In this document: piece by piece, positions 24,880 to 37,088 of the stretch
Position numbering within the stretch: the stretch's first letter is position 1
Layout: every line of letters begins with the position of its first letter
NCBI GenBank assembly: GCA_026914245.1
Contig: CP110440.1
Coordinates: 1,488,001-1,552,000, forward strand
DNA: 64,000 bases
Direction: 5' to 3'
Origin: Puccinia triticina
Lineage: Eukaryota
Notes under the pieces: generated by a model
What the model was told of the DNA's origin: nothing
Databases searched by the model: none
What the model saw: the letters and a program-made list of their open reading frames with translations, nothing else
Translations under genes and position numbers: made by a program

Positions 24880-26163
24880 GGGGGGGTTCAAAGTTGACTC
24901 CTGCACTGTTTCAGGACCAAAATTCAGGAAAAAAATGGACCTGAATTCCTTCCTGCAAACCTGATTTCCTTCACGAGGAGGGGATGCAGAAAGGGCCTTC
25001 CTGAATCAGGAAACACAAATCCATGGCCTCCAATAGAGAAAAATCTCTTTTGGACACACCTCATCAGATCCATGGCCTCAACTGACCGGTCATCAAGTCA
25101 ATAACAGATGCAGTCCACAGAATACTCCCACGTACACCCCACTCAATGACCACAGCTCACTTTAACCAATCCCCACCACTCAATGACCCGATGACCCGAC
25201 CGGGTCATCGAGTGGTTACTCTCCACTCGATGGCCGGACCCGGTCAGCGAGTGGACACCCGCTCCACTCAACAATAGGCTCGGCCATCAAGTGAAGTGGG
25301 TATCCACTCGATGACCGAGTCAATCATCAAGTGGGTGTGTATCCACTTGATGACCCAGTCCGGTACCGGATGACCGGGCCATCGAGCGGATACACACCCA
25401 ACTCGATGGCCCGGTCACCCGGTCATCGAGTTGGGTATGTATCCGCTCGATGGCCCGGTCACCCGGTCATCGAGTGGATGGTACACACTCCACTCGATGG
25501 CCCGGTCACCCGGTCATCGAGTGGAGTTGTTGACCGGGTGCCCGGGCCATCGAGTTGGGTGTGTATCCGCTCGACGACCGGGTGACCGGGCCAACGAGTG
25601 GAGTGTGTACACACTCCACTCGATGGCCCGGTCACCCGGTCATCGAGTGGATGGTACACACTCCACTCGTTGGCCCGGTCACCCGGTCGTCGAGTGGTTG
25701 GTACACGCTCCACTCGATGACCGGGTGACCGGGCAATCGAGTGGATGGTACACACTCCACTCGATGATCAACCCGGTCATCGAGTGGAGTCTGTATTAAA
25801 CCAAAGACTGGGTGACCGGGCCATCCAGCACTTGATGACCGGGTCAGGTCATTGAGTGGTGGATTATTGGTTAGCCACTTGTGAATTGACGACCCAACCG
25901 GGTCATCAAGTGGGGTTTATGTACAAATGGACAGTGTTGACTGGCCATCCAATGCAATTGATGGCCGGTCTGGACTCTGGGCCAGCCATTGGTGAGATGG
26001 GCAAGTTTTGGACTTACCTTTTTTCCTGCTTGTGTGGGTCCTGAATTGAATCCCACAAAATGGGGATTCAAAGTTGCAGAAAGTTCTGGAGATTTTTGGC
26101 TGGGACTTTTTTTTCCTGAATTTAGCTCCTGAAACAGTGCAGGAGTCAACTTTGAACCCCCCC
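24880..26163. mobile_element. PIF/Harbinger-like non-autonomous element with internal palindromic tandem repeats
   Basis: 37-bp TIR GGGGGGGTTCAAAGTTGACTCCTGCACTGTTTCAGGA, 3-bp TSD ATT; internal CACTCGATGGCCCGGTCACCCGGTCATCGAGTG array at ~25150-25900. Confidence 0.85.
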
Positions 26164-26207
26164 ATTATTAGCATTCACTAAAGTGCGCAATGTCAAATCA
26201 ATAAGCA

Positions 26208-26241
<34 letters not shown>

Positions 26242-26285
26242 CCATGTAGATCACCCAAGATCTCCGACCTGGACTGGAAAAAGAG

Positions 26286-26375
26286 GGGTCTGGCCGGGAA
26301 TTGAACCCGGGACCTCACCCAACCAAGACACGAAGGAGGCCCTAAGGGTGAATCATACTACTAGACCACCAAACC
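26286..26375 (-). tRNA. tRNA-Pro(AGG) with 18-nt intron
   Basis: Acceptor GGTTTGG/CCAGACC, anticodon arm CACCC-TTAGGG[intron 26322-26339]T-GGGTG, T-arm CCGGG-TTCAATT-CCCGG, downstream T-run terminator. Confidence 0.93.
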
Positions 26376-27041
26376 CTGCAATGATCATGCCTGCCTGTTT
26401 GGACTACATACTTAGCCGCCCTTCCGGGAGATGTGGATCGTACGTTCCCGGCCGACTGCTTGCGCAGAAGATAGAGCGGACGCAGCGGGAGACAGAAGGC
26501 AACGCGGCGGGGCCATCCAGCCAGCGCCCGGGACCCGCACTCCAAAGGTGCGTCAAGACGGGTCTCTCACGAGCAGGCCCTGGGCTTCGAGCCAGCCGCC
26601 CGGGCCAAGTGCTCCTGCAGGAGCCGACAGGAACAAGGACGACACACTTGGGTAGACAAGGAGAGGCTGCTGCATGCATGTTCAACTACGTACATCAGGA
26701 AAGGAGTGCGGGTCAAGCGCGAACATAGAGGGAGAGAAATCTATCTTGAGGGGCGTACATGGGGAGAGAGAGAGATTCTTGTTGCGACTACTACTACTAC
26801 GACGACGATGACGGAAGATCAGGAGTCTAGGGGGACGGAGTCTAGCAATGATTATTATGGGGAAGGAGGAAAAGGAGGCGGGTGCTTTGATATGTTAAGG
26901 AAGGGAACACAGATCGGAAACTTGAAGCGTCTAACGATTAAGGGTCTTTCTTCTACTCGGGGGTTTTTGTTTTCTTTTAGTCTATGTCTACCGGTGTTCG
27001 CGAGTCTACAATCCAGCGCGCTGTCCGACACCCGCGCTCGT

Positions 27042-28670
27042 TCAGAGATGGGCGGTCATCTTAGCGGGGTCGAGGTTCTCGAACGCGATCTTGTACTGCG
27101 AATGTGGGGAACAAAACAACAGCGATCAGCGACGAGCGAGTGGGATGATGGGGGGTGGAAGAGGGACGCACGACGACGCCGAACAGGGGGTAGCCCTCGA
27201 CGCGGCCCTTGGCCTTTAGGAACGTGTTGAGCTCTTGGGCGGTCGCGACGCCCTGCAGCTTCTGGCCGCCGAGCAGCTCGGTCTCGAGCTGCGAAAACGG
27301 CTTGCCGGTCTTCACGTACGCCTCCGCACACAAGCGGTTCCGGCCGCCGAAACCTGCACCCGCACATCGTGGCACAATGCGCAACACATATCAATCACTG
27401 AGAAGGGGGCGATCTCTTTGCGATGGGGAGACGTACAGGTGGTGATCAGGTCGGCAATGCCGGCGGACTCTTGGACAAAGGTTTCCGTCTGTTGGGAGAC
27501 ATCGCATTGTGAGCGAGACGCTTTTTTGTGTGAGATCTTTCGGGGATGAGAGAGGGATGGACGGACCTTAACGCCGGAGAAGAACTCCATGCTGAAGCTC
27601 TTCATCTCGAGCAGACCGATGCGCATGATCGCCGCTGCGTCGAGCACAGCAAGGGGGGTCAGTGCTTGATGCGGGGTTGGAAGAGGGGAGAGGAGAGAGA
27701 CCTTTGGCGTTGTTGCCCCAGCCCAGGCCGTCGCAGAACCCGGCGGCGACGGCGACGACGTTCTTGAGCGCGCCGCAGAGCGAGACGCCGGCGCGGTCCT
27801 CGATGATCTGGACGTGGAAGTTGGCGGTGTGGAAGAGCTTCTGCCAGAGCTCGCCTTCCTGCTTGACGCGATAGCCGATCGTGGTTTCGGAGAACTTGTT
27901 GAGTGCAACTGTAAGAGAGAGACAGAGGGTGAGAGAAGGTTTCCCGATGATGGAAGTCAGAGTGATGATGAGTGGACGGACCTTCGTTGGCGATGTTGGC
28001 CCCGCTGAGCGCAGCACAGCTGATCCCGAGCTCCTCCTCGATCACGTCGGCAATGATCTTGATCCTGTCGCCAGCGACATCGACCCCCTTCGTCAACGAG
28101 ATCGCAAACGCCCCCGCGCCGATCACATTGGCCTCCTTGAGCTGGCGACAGATGTTGGGGATGAACTGGTGCGGGAGACAGAAGACCAGCATGGTGGCCG
28201 AGCGGCATGCGGCCGTCAGCGACGGGATCGCCTTCAGATTCGACGGCAGCTGTGCAGAGACGGACAGCCTTCAGGATCAGTCACTTCGGGAAACCGCGGG
28301 GCACTGGGGATGCTCAACTTGTACGCCCGGCAAGTACTTGACGTTTTCGTGGTCTTCGTTGATGATGCTGGTGAGGTTCTTGCCGTTAACCTTGAAGCAA
28401 CGCAGCAGTGAGCAGGGGTCTACTATGCAGCGGTTTAGACACGGCATACCTGCTCCTCGTACACCCACATGGGCACCTCCTTTTCGAAGTAGTCGCTGTG
28501 TCGGGCAGCATTTTCGGCGGCCAACTTGGCGATCGCAGATCCCCTGAGGAATACAAAAGAGACTGGTGAGCGTGGCTGCCGATCGCCTGGAGAGAGAGTG
28601 GGTCGACTGACCAGTTCCCGGATCCGATGATGGCGACTTGCTGCTTGACGCGGTGGAGAGGAGACGACAT
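27042..28670 (-). CDS. GPD1: NAD-dependent glycerol-3-phosphate dehydrogenase (multi-exon)
   Basis: [69 protein letters not shown]-terminus AKMTAHL*. Confidence 0.96.
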
Positions 28671-29877
28671 GATCGGAGGAAGATGTGTGTGTGTGTGTGT
28701 GTGTGTGGATGGGGAAGATGGTTCTGAGTTTGTGTGTGTTGGGAGTGTGGTGGGGAGTGGTCAGGAGGGCTGGGGGTGGGCTTATAAGCGAAGAAGGATG
28801 AAGCGTATGGCCACGGCGTTCGGATGACATCACAGCGTTGCTCAGGCCTGTGGATACGTCATTGACTGTACGCCCGTTCAGTCGCAGGCGGGAGGAAATG
28901 GCGAGCCCAGCCGCCAGGACGACACTCCCATCATCCCCTCCCCGATGACCACCAGTTGAAATCCGAGCGAATCTCCGCCCGGATTCACTCCCAGCCCGCC
29001 GACACCACCCGAAACCTGTTTCGGATACCCTCAACCACGATAAACACACCAATCTTCTTCCCACTATCCCTCTGCCAGCCGTGGGCCGCCATGCCAATAT
29101 TGTAGCTCCGTGGTTGGCGTAGCTGATGGCGTGGTCCGCCTGCCGTCATCGTCTTGGCGGCGTAATATACTGCATTAGAAAACCCGCCGCCAGTCGTTGC
29201 GCACTGGCTATAAAGTAATCGGCAAGCCTCAAGCACACAGTTGAATATGCGTAAGACATACGAACGCACAGGAGGGGACTCGAGTTGCCCCCCGGGGTTT
29301 GCCCTGTCTGTCCTCCAGCCCCGCCGGTGTATATCTTGTCGATCGGGCGGGACTGCTCCCGGCCCGCGCGCAAGACTTTGGCGGCCTCGCGAGCTCTCGT
29401 ACATAGACCGTGATGGCGCTGGGGGCAATGGCTGAGCTTAACTAAGCCCCTTCAAGGGGGCGCGAAGCGTCTCCGAAGGAGAGGGAGGGTACTGCTCGCG
29501 GGGAGGGAGTTGTGTTAAGTTCGGCAATGGCTCCCAGTCAATGTGCCTGCACACGCTCGGGAGCCGGGAGGGATCCACCCCGGCCAAAGAGCGTCTACAG
29601 CCTCACCAACCAGGAAGCACTCATGAGACGTTGAACGGGTAAAATCACTCCCGGTCCTAGATGGGGCACCCAGTCCCGCGATGTGTTTGGCGCTACTGTT
29701 TCACGAGCGTTTATTTCGCCCGGCTGGAGGCGCCGCGCCAGGACCTGTTTGCAGGAGGTTTCAGAAACCATTTCTTGGAGCCCAAGCAGGTGAAGGCCGT
29801 CTGGAGCTGTTCGCCATCATCTCGATCGGACATTACACGCCATTATTCGACCAACTAGAAGTGGGAACGACGCGAGC

Positions 29878-31437
29878 ATGGCTCCGGCACCAAGCCCTGT
29901 CTCTTCCAAATGCCCTGCGACCTCCAGAGTGCCCGTTTGGATGCTCGTCTGGCTAGCCTGCTTGTCTTTGAAGAATGTACACTGTACGTCTGCTCCGGAC
30001 TCTGCCCACACATGGCTGCCGTGGGCTCAAACCATGCAAGAATCGGACGCCCCGCACGAGGCCCTCGACTTCGCCACTCGTCTGTTGCCGGATTCGCGTC
30101 CCATCGCCCATGACACGGATTTGCGTCGATCGCAGGGACCTGATTTCGATCACAACCAACTTCATTTCGTCAGTGGTCCATGGCCGGGGTGGCATAGTCA
30201 ACGGCCAGAAAGTGATTCTCGTCCCGTTCCCCAGCATTTTGATACGCGTCCGCGGTCTGAAACGGACTCCCATCAAAATCTTCTGGATAGTCCACGGCCG
30301 GAAATGGATCCCATTTCTCATGAGATTGCCTCGCGCACGCCGCCTGAATTGGCTTGTCTTCAAGATAACATCTACTTTGACGATAGCCCATGGCCGGAGA
30401 TCGAAACTCATCCCATTCCCGATGGTATCAACCCGCATTCACCCTCTGTTCAACAAGAGCAGCCATACTCCCCAAACGAACTTCAAAACTCAGGAAGAAA
30501 AAGAAAGGAACCCTCCAGGGATGATGCTGAGATTCCTTTTGAAATCGTCAACTGCGGGCGGCCAGCCAAAAGTGAAAGACAGATTATCTGTGAAGCAATC
30601 CGAAGTATCAAGCAAATCAATGGGTGCAGATTAATCAGTGACGAACGGGAAGACGAATACAAGATTCTTACGATAAAGGAGGATCAGATTTACCGCTTTC
30701 TTTCTCAAGTGGTACAGAAAAAAAGAAACAAATACAACCTTCATCGATTTGGTTTGGCCAACCTACTAGATGTTACACAGGAACAGTATTCCCAAGTGCA
30801 ACAAAAAAGAAGGCAGTGTGCTTTGTTACGATTCAAACGTGAAGCCAACACAAGAAAGCTAAAATTGTATGTACTCTACACAGATCCTGTCATCTCTGTG
30901 TTCAAAGATTCTATCCTTGATCTTAAAGAAAGAATCAAAAGCAAATACTCTCGCACACAGGCATCATACTTACTGAAAGAATTGCAATGCATCCTGAAGA
31001 CACTACCTATCTACTTGTTTCACGTAGATTTGATCAACACACTCATTCCAGCTCAAGGTGTGACTACATTGGAATCACAAAGGCAAGAAGCTGGTCAGCA
31101 GTTTTTCAAGTACATCCAGGGCCTTATTGCAAATCTACACACCGCAAAAGATACATTTCGAAAGGGCTGGTTTGTATTATACAAAGTAAATTTAGCTACA
31201 GCCTCCAACATTCCTGGGTTTTATTGGACCATCATAGCAAAATGGATTAGTTTCTCAAGACCTTCACTAGCAAATTTGGTTTTTACTCACAATAAGCCTG
31301 GAGAATTACTACCTAGTTTCAAGTACTTCATCAATGAATTATTTGCTAGTTATATAGAGTCCTTTGACCACCTGCCCTTAATTGCCATTGATTTTCAATC
31401 AAAAATCCCTTTAGAAAATCCAGGCAGACATAATTGA
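29878..31437 (+). CDS. intronless 519-aa hypothetical protein, candidate secreted effector (one-module copy)
   Basis: Long ORF; hydrophobic MLVWLACLSLKNVHC segment, degenerate ~15-aa Pro/Asp/Ser repeats, basic GRKRK motif; paralogous to 35987-41246. Confidence 0.8.
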   Translation: MAPAPSPVSSKCPATSRVPVWMLVWLACLSLKNVHCTSAPDSAHTWLPWAQTMQESDAPHEALDFATRLLPDSRPIAHDTDLRRSQGPDFDHNQLHFVSGPWPGWHSQRPESDSRPVPQHFDTRPRSETDSHQNLLDSPRPEMDPISHEIASRTPPELACLQDNIYFDDSPWPEIETHPIPDGINPHSPSVQQEQPYSPNELQNSGRKRKEPSRDDAEIPFEIVNCGRPAKSERQIICEAIRSIKQINGCRLISDEREDEYKILTIKEDQIYRFLSQVVQKKRNKYNLHRFGLANLLDVTQEQYSQVQQKRRQCALLRFKREANTRKLKLYVLYTDPVISVFKDSILDLKERIKSKYSRTQASYLLKELQCILKTLPIYLFHVDLINTLIPAQGVTTLESQRQEAGQQFFKYIQGLIANLHTAKDTFRKGWFVLYKVNLATASNIPGFYWTIIAKWISFSRPSLANLVFTHNKPGELLPSFKYFINELFASYIESFDHLPLIAIDFQSKIPLENPGRHN

Positions 31438-32279
31438 ACATAATCTCATCAATAAACTTCAAGACTAAAATTTTCTTTCTCTCCTTTCCTTTCCCTCCTC
31501 ATGCAAAGAAAAGAAGAAGGAACATAAGTATGTCACTGGCACTGATCCCATTCCCAATGGTGAAAGGCTACACTGCGCTACATAAAGCGCTCGTTTAAGC
31601 GCAGCACAGCGGGTCCTCCAAAAAACTTGTAGCATAGCCATAACCTGCTACGCTACAGGAAATGTAGCTCACAGGCGCTCTTTCTCAGTTTTGACTCAAA
31701 ATAGTGCAGCACAAAAACACTTTATTTGTACTATCTGTGCACCAAATGTGCTTTTTGTCAGAAACCAAAATGGAAGTTGTGCACTGTGGGATTCAAACCC
31801 ATGTCCTCAAAATTCATCAGTGATGCTTTTTACCAATCAAGGGAAGTGCACTGTGGCTTTTTAGGGTGCTCAATTCACTGTACGGTTACCAAAGTTTGTG
31901 TTTTTGACATGTATCCTGGGATCAAGTCTTATATGTTTTTTACATTGCTTGTCATTTTATCAGGGTCAAACTCAGTTTTCTGAGGTGAAAGACTGCATAT
32001 AAACAGAATTAATTATGACACTTTTAAGCTATGAAAGTGTAGCACTGCAGTAGCCCCACTGTGCTACATGCGCTTTGAAGCCATAAAACAGTGGCACCGC
32101 AGCAGCCCAGCTGTGCTAAATGGGCATTCACAATTTCAAGTGTAGCGCTGCTGCTCTACATGCGCTTTCAGGTTGTAAAAGAAAAAAAATTACCACTCAA
32201 TCTAAAAATTTAAATATTGAAAGAAAAAATGGTACTGCTAAAGCTAAGTAGTCAAATAATCAGCAAGATAGCAGAATCA

Positions 32280-32500
32280 AATCTTGCTACACTAGGGTGG
32301 GAGAAATTGGGCAGAAACAAGCGGCTAGTTTTTCCCCTGTACTTGTGTGACTACAGGAACCAAACTGGGCTGTCATTTCTGCCCAGTTTTATCCCTGTAG
32401 TTGCACGGAAATAAAACTGGGCTGCTTCTGCCCATTTTTGTCCAAAGGCAGCATTAGCATATACAAAAGCTATGCTAACAGTTAGTGTTTTTTTTTCTAC
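32280..32500. repeat. dispersed repeat (MITE-like), related copy at ~41985-42440
   Basis: Shared GCTAGTTTTTCCC...ACTACAGGAACCAAACTGGGCTGTCATTTCT and GCAGCATTAGCAT...CTAACAGTTAGTG blocks. Confidence 0.6.
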
Positions 32501-33912
32501 ACTGTGGTGTTCAGACTGGTACATGCGGCAGAATGCATGATTTAGCGCAGGACTAGCGGACCCACTCTCAAGACCTTTTAGACTCAGGATCTCAAGCTCT
32601 ACCAAGATATTCAAGGTTTGGACTCTGCCTCCGCCAACTCATGTTCAGTTTCCTCACATTCTTTGGTTTATGTTTTCATTGGTTCTTTCTTTCTGGTTCT
32701 GTTTCCCTTTTCCTCTCTCACTCCACTTGTTGATTTTCTGTTGCAGTGATGAATCCTGGAACAGCAGATGATGATGTGAGAGTCGTGGAAGGATTCATAT
32801 TGCAAGTGTGAGCAGAGAGAAACACAAGAGAGAAACAGAAAAAGACACAAAAGAGAGGCTCACCTGGAACAGCAGATGATGATGTGAGAGTCGTGGAAGG
32901 ATGAGGAAAAGGCCTTCCACGTCTGCTGCTCCAGGTGACTACAAGGATGGAATGTCACAGACTGAAACAGGTGAGAAACAGGTTCGAAGCACAAAAACAA
33001 AGAGAAAAGGAAAGACACCCCAACACAACCTTAACATTTTCTTTGCTGTGTTCTGTGTATTACCTCCTCTTTGGGAGTCTGGCTATTTTTTGGTTGCGGA
33101 ATGTTGCATGTTTGTTGTGTTTGTTGTTCTTGTTGTTTTTGGTGCTAGTTGTTGTCATAGCAGCGGATGTGCGGCAGACACAAGGGTCAGGCACACACTG
33201 CTCATCTCAGACTATCATAGTTCAAGTTCTGCCTGAGGTTGGACAACATTCCTCATGCAATTTCAATCCTGATCCAAGGAGGATACCATCATTTTCTGAG
33301 CAATTTTGATCCTGATGCTGTCCTGCGGCTCCTGCGGCGTCGTCTCTGTCTTCTTTGCAAGAGGTAGGCCGGCGAGATCCACATCTCCTGAAATTGCGGC
33401 TGATGATACGGTTGCAAACAAGGGTTGTGGATTGATCAAGGGTTTGTTACACAGTGGACGCAAAACTTCAAAGGATATCCAAAGAATATTTTGAGCTCTT
33501 TCAAAGCTCCTGCCAGCAGGAGGGGACATTGCGTACCTTGGTCCACAGCAAATTGAAGTCCCTCCAAAGTGGGATTTCAAAGGAGATTTGAATGCCCTTT
33601 GGGGGCAAAGGGAAACTTCAAAGGGCATTCAAAGTTCTTTCAAAGATAATTTGAAGTATTTATTTGGCCTTCAAAGTTTCTTTGATAGCTGACTTCAAAT
33701 GCACTCCTACTGGTTTTCAAACATTCAAAGGAGCTTTGAAGGTACTTCAAAGTACATTCAAAGTAGGCCCAGACAAGGTGGGGTTCATGGTTCATTTTGA
33801 ATGGCTCCTGGGTTGGGCCACTGATTTAAATTTGGATCTTGCAATGAATCCACAAAATGCTTGCTTGCAGTGCTCACAGTACTTGCCCCTGAAGGGGCGC
33901 TCATTACATGTA

Positions 33913-35153
33913 CTAGGGTTTAAGGGCGGCTTCGCCGCCCTGTGAAAGATGTTATCATTTCCGTCAACAATGTATAAATGCTACGGAAAAACAGTATACA
34001 ACTTGTGCACTTATACCACAATTATAACTCCCACCACAATTGGACCAAGACTTATGAATCAACTACACAAAATCTAACGCAGCACAAATTTATCAACCAC
34101 ATTCAATAGGTCCATAGACGACCCAATCTGGAAAACTGCCAAATTTTCTGGGCATGTCACCCTTGACAAAGCTACATATAACTGACCATGTGCAAAAACT
34201 TGAGACTTCAGTAGGACGACTACATTATTCAAAGTTTGACCTTGGCTCTTATTAATGGTCATTGAGAAACATCGGACTGCAAAAGGGCAAGGCAATATGG
34301 GGTGATGGTAGTGAGAGGGGAAAAGGAAAGAAACATGGCAAGACATTATTTATGTTGGAGGGGGGGGGGAGTTTCTCCGGGGGGGGGATAGTCATGAGCG
34401 CAGAAACGGTTGACGGACCGCAAAAGGGCAAGGCAATATCGGGTGATGACAGTGATTTCTCAGGAGGCCTCGGAGGAAGATCAAATACCAGAAACGCGCT
34501 CACATCAACGTTTTTCAGAAGCGACCTGAGTTTCCCATTTTTGGGGGGGAGGGGAACGGGGATCGATAAATGCAGTGAAATGTGAATATCTCCCGGTTGA
34601 GGACATTGAGGAAGTATTGGCAAGATGTTGACCAGGCAACGTTGGTGGCAGTCTTCGACAGCTTCCACACGACGAAAATGGAATGCAGAGTTTCCCATTT
34701 TTGGGGGGGAGGGGAACGGGGATCAATAAATGCAGTGAAATGCGAATATCTCCCGGTTGAGGACATTGAGGAAGTATTGGCAAGATGTTGACCAGGCAAC
34801 GTTGGTGGCAATCTTCGACAGCTTCCACACGACAAAAATGGAATGCAACGTGGACATGGCATTACTTGAAAGGTTGCAAAAGGAAAGAATAACAAATTTG
34901 TCATATGTTTTAGCCGCTTTGTGTATGAAGACAATGGGGGGAGGGCCACAGTATAAAAGAAAACGGCCTGCAGACAGGATCAGGTCATTGCTTGGCTCTT
35001 GCTCGGCGCCAATTGCTTAAAGAGCCAAGCGATCCAGGTGCATTGGGGCCTGAAATTGATTTTTTGGGTAGGGGAGGGGGGAAATGCTGCCATTTTTTTT
35101 GATGGTGGGCGCGGCGGTCCGCTTAATGTTAAACTGTTAATTTTTGTTAGAGA
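33913..35153 (-). mobile_element. Helitron H4, deletion derivative with PIF1-helicase remnant
   Basis: CTAG end plus hairpin GGGCGGC-TTC-GCCGCCC (33924-33940); [10 protein letters not shown]...[14 protein letters not shown] at 34074-34290; internal 160-bp tandem duplication; probable 5' TCTCTA at an A|T site (less certain). Confidence 0.85.
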
Positions 35154-37088
35154 TTGCCAGGTGGACCCGGGTACCCGCCGCGTGTCCGGGTACCCGAAGT
35201 GTTTTTCATGATATTCAGACACCCGCGGGCGGGTACCGGCGGTACTTTTTGCGGGTACCGCGGGTAAATGAAAAATTGAACAAATTTTTAACCACACTAG
35301 GTAGAGTGGCATGGAAAAGATGAGAGCAACTGCCTTCATCTTGCCTTTCCCTCTCACCAATTTTGGGGACCATCACTCTGCACCTTACCTCTAAAATGGG
35401 TGTCCCAAGTCCACCATTTAGCGATTTTTTCTGACCGCGCGGGGCCACAAAATGCATGCCGCCGCGTGGAAAAAGACTGAGACTCCAATTCCTTGGGTTG
35501 TTTGGTGATAACAAGTTGCTTAAAAATAACAGCAAAATTCTATAATGTAGCTGAGCTCCTTGCAGGCTACTCATTAGATAGTCTACAAAGTTTTTTGGAT
35601 GAGTTTTGGCAAAGATATGTACTTCAGACTTCTGCATACCTCTCAAGCCAAGAAATTACATACATTCCTTTATCAGTCCCTCCTTCGAACGGAGGCGGGC
35701 GCTTCGTGCCCAGGAGGGACTCATTCCAATTGGACGAGACGTTGAACGGGTAAAATCACTCCCGGTCCTAGAGGGGGGCCCAGTCCCGCGATGTGTTTGG
35801 TGCTACTGTTTCACGAGCGTTTATTTCGCCCGGCTGGAGGCGCCGCTCCAAAACCTGTTTGCATGAGGTTTCAGAACTCTTTCTTGGAGCTCAAGTAGGT
35901 CAAGGCCGTCTGGCGCTGTTCACCATCATCTGGCTCGGAAATTATAAACAATTATTCGAGCAACTATAAGTGGTAACGACTCGAGCATGGCTCCGGCACC
36001 AAGCCCTTGCTCTTTCAAATGCTCTACCACCTCCAGAGTTCCCTTTTGGATGCTCGTCTGGCTAACCTGCTTGTCTTTGAAGAATGTACAATGTACGTCT
36101 GCTCCGGACTCTGCCAACACATGGCTGCCGTGGGCTCAAACTATGCAAGAATCGGACTCCCCGCAAGATGTCCTCGATTTCGTCACTCTTCCATTGCCGG
36201 ATTCACATCCCATCGACCCTGACATCGATTTGCGTGAATCTGATTTCGATCGAAATCAACTTCATTTCGTCAGTGGTCCATGGCCGGGATCGCATAGTCA
36301 GCGGCCAGAAAGTGATTCTCATCCCGTTCCCCATGATATTGATACGCGTCCGCGGTCTGAAACGGACTCCCGTCAAAATCTTCTGGATAGTCCACGGCCG
36401 GAATTGGATCCCATTTCTCATGAAATTGCCTCGCGCACGCCTCCTGAATTGGCTTGGCTTCAAGATAACATCTATTTTGACGATAGCCCATGGCCGGAAA
36501 TTGAAACTCATTCCATTCCCGATGGGATCAACCCGCATACACCACTTGTTCAACACGACCGGCCAAACGAACTGAATAAACTTGAAATCCCAGGAAGAGA
36601 AAGTATGGAAACCGACAGCGATGATGATGAGCTTCCTTTTGAAATTGTCAGCTATGAGCGGCCACCAGAAAGCGAAAGAAGAGTGATCTTTGAAGCGATC
36701 CGAAGTATGAAGCAAACCAACGGAGGCAAGTTAGTTAATGACGAGCGGGAAGACGAATACAAGATTCTTAAGATAAGCGAGGATCAAACCTTCCACTTTC
36801 TTTCTCAAGTGGTACAGAAAAAAAATAACCAATACCTTCTTCATCGATTTGGCTTGGCCAGGCTACTTGACGTTCCACAGGAACAGTATGCGCGAGTGCA
36901 AGAGAAAAGAAGGCGACGTGCTGTGTCACAATTTATTGACTCGGCCAAGAAGGACAGGCTAAATTTGAAGTTGCTCTACACTGATCCTGTCATCTCGGTG
37001 TTCGAAGATTCTATACTTGATCTTAAAGAAAGAATCGGGAGGAAATACTCTCCACCACAGGCAAATCAACTACTGAAAGAATTGGAAC

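Larger units (their letters stand above)
12861..26239 (+). mobile_element. Tad1-like LINE copy A (ORF2 EN-RT-RNase H, 3'UTR, poly(A)), degenerate and multiply interrupted
   Basis: APE endonuclease (QLNCH, LQEPW, IDLTW, DHQ), RT (YRPIALL, FLDVKSAY, GLPQGSPL), RNase H (FTDGS, WCPAH), CCHC knuckle. Segments 12861-16390, 19659-20134, 23003-23325, 24856-24879 and 26167-26239 are collinear with LINE B; poly(A) ends at 26239. Confidence 0.95.

Noticed and set aside
25150..25900. CRISPR-like palindromic array and its repeat ORFs
   Set aside because: Spacers are not unique; the array lies inside a TIR/TSD-bounded element; the ORFs are translations of the repeat.
28684..28707. (GT)n tract upstream of GPD1
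   Set aside because: Ordinary microsatellite.
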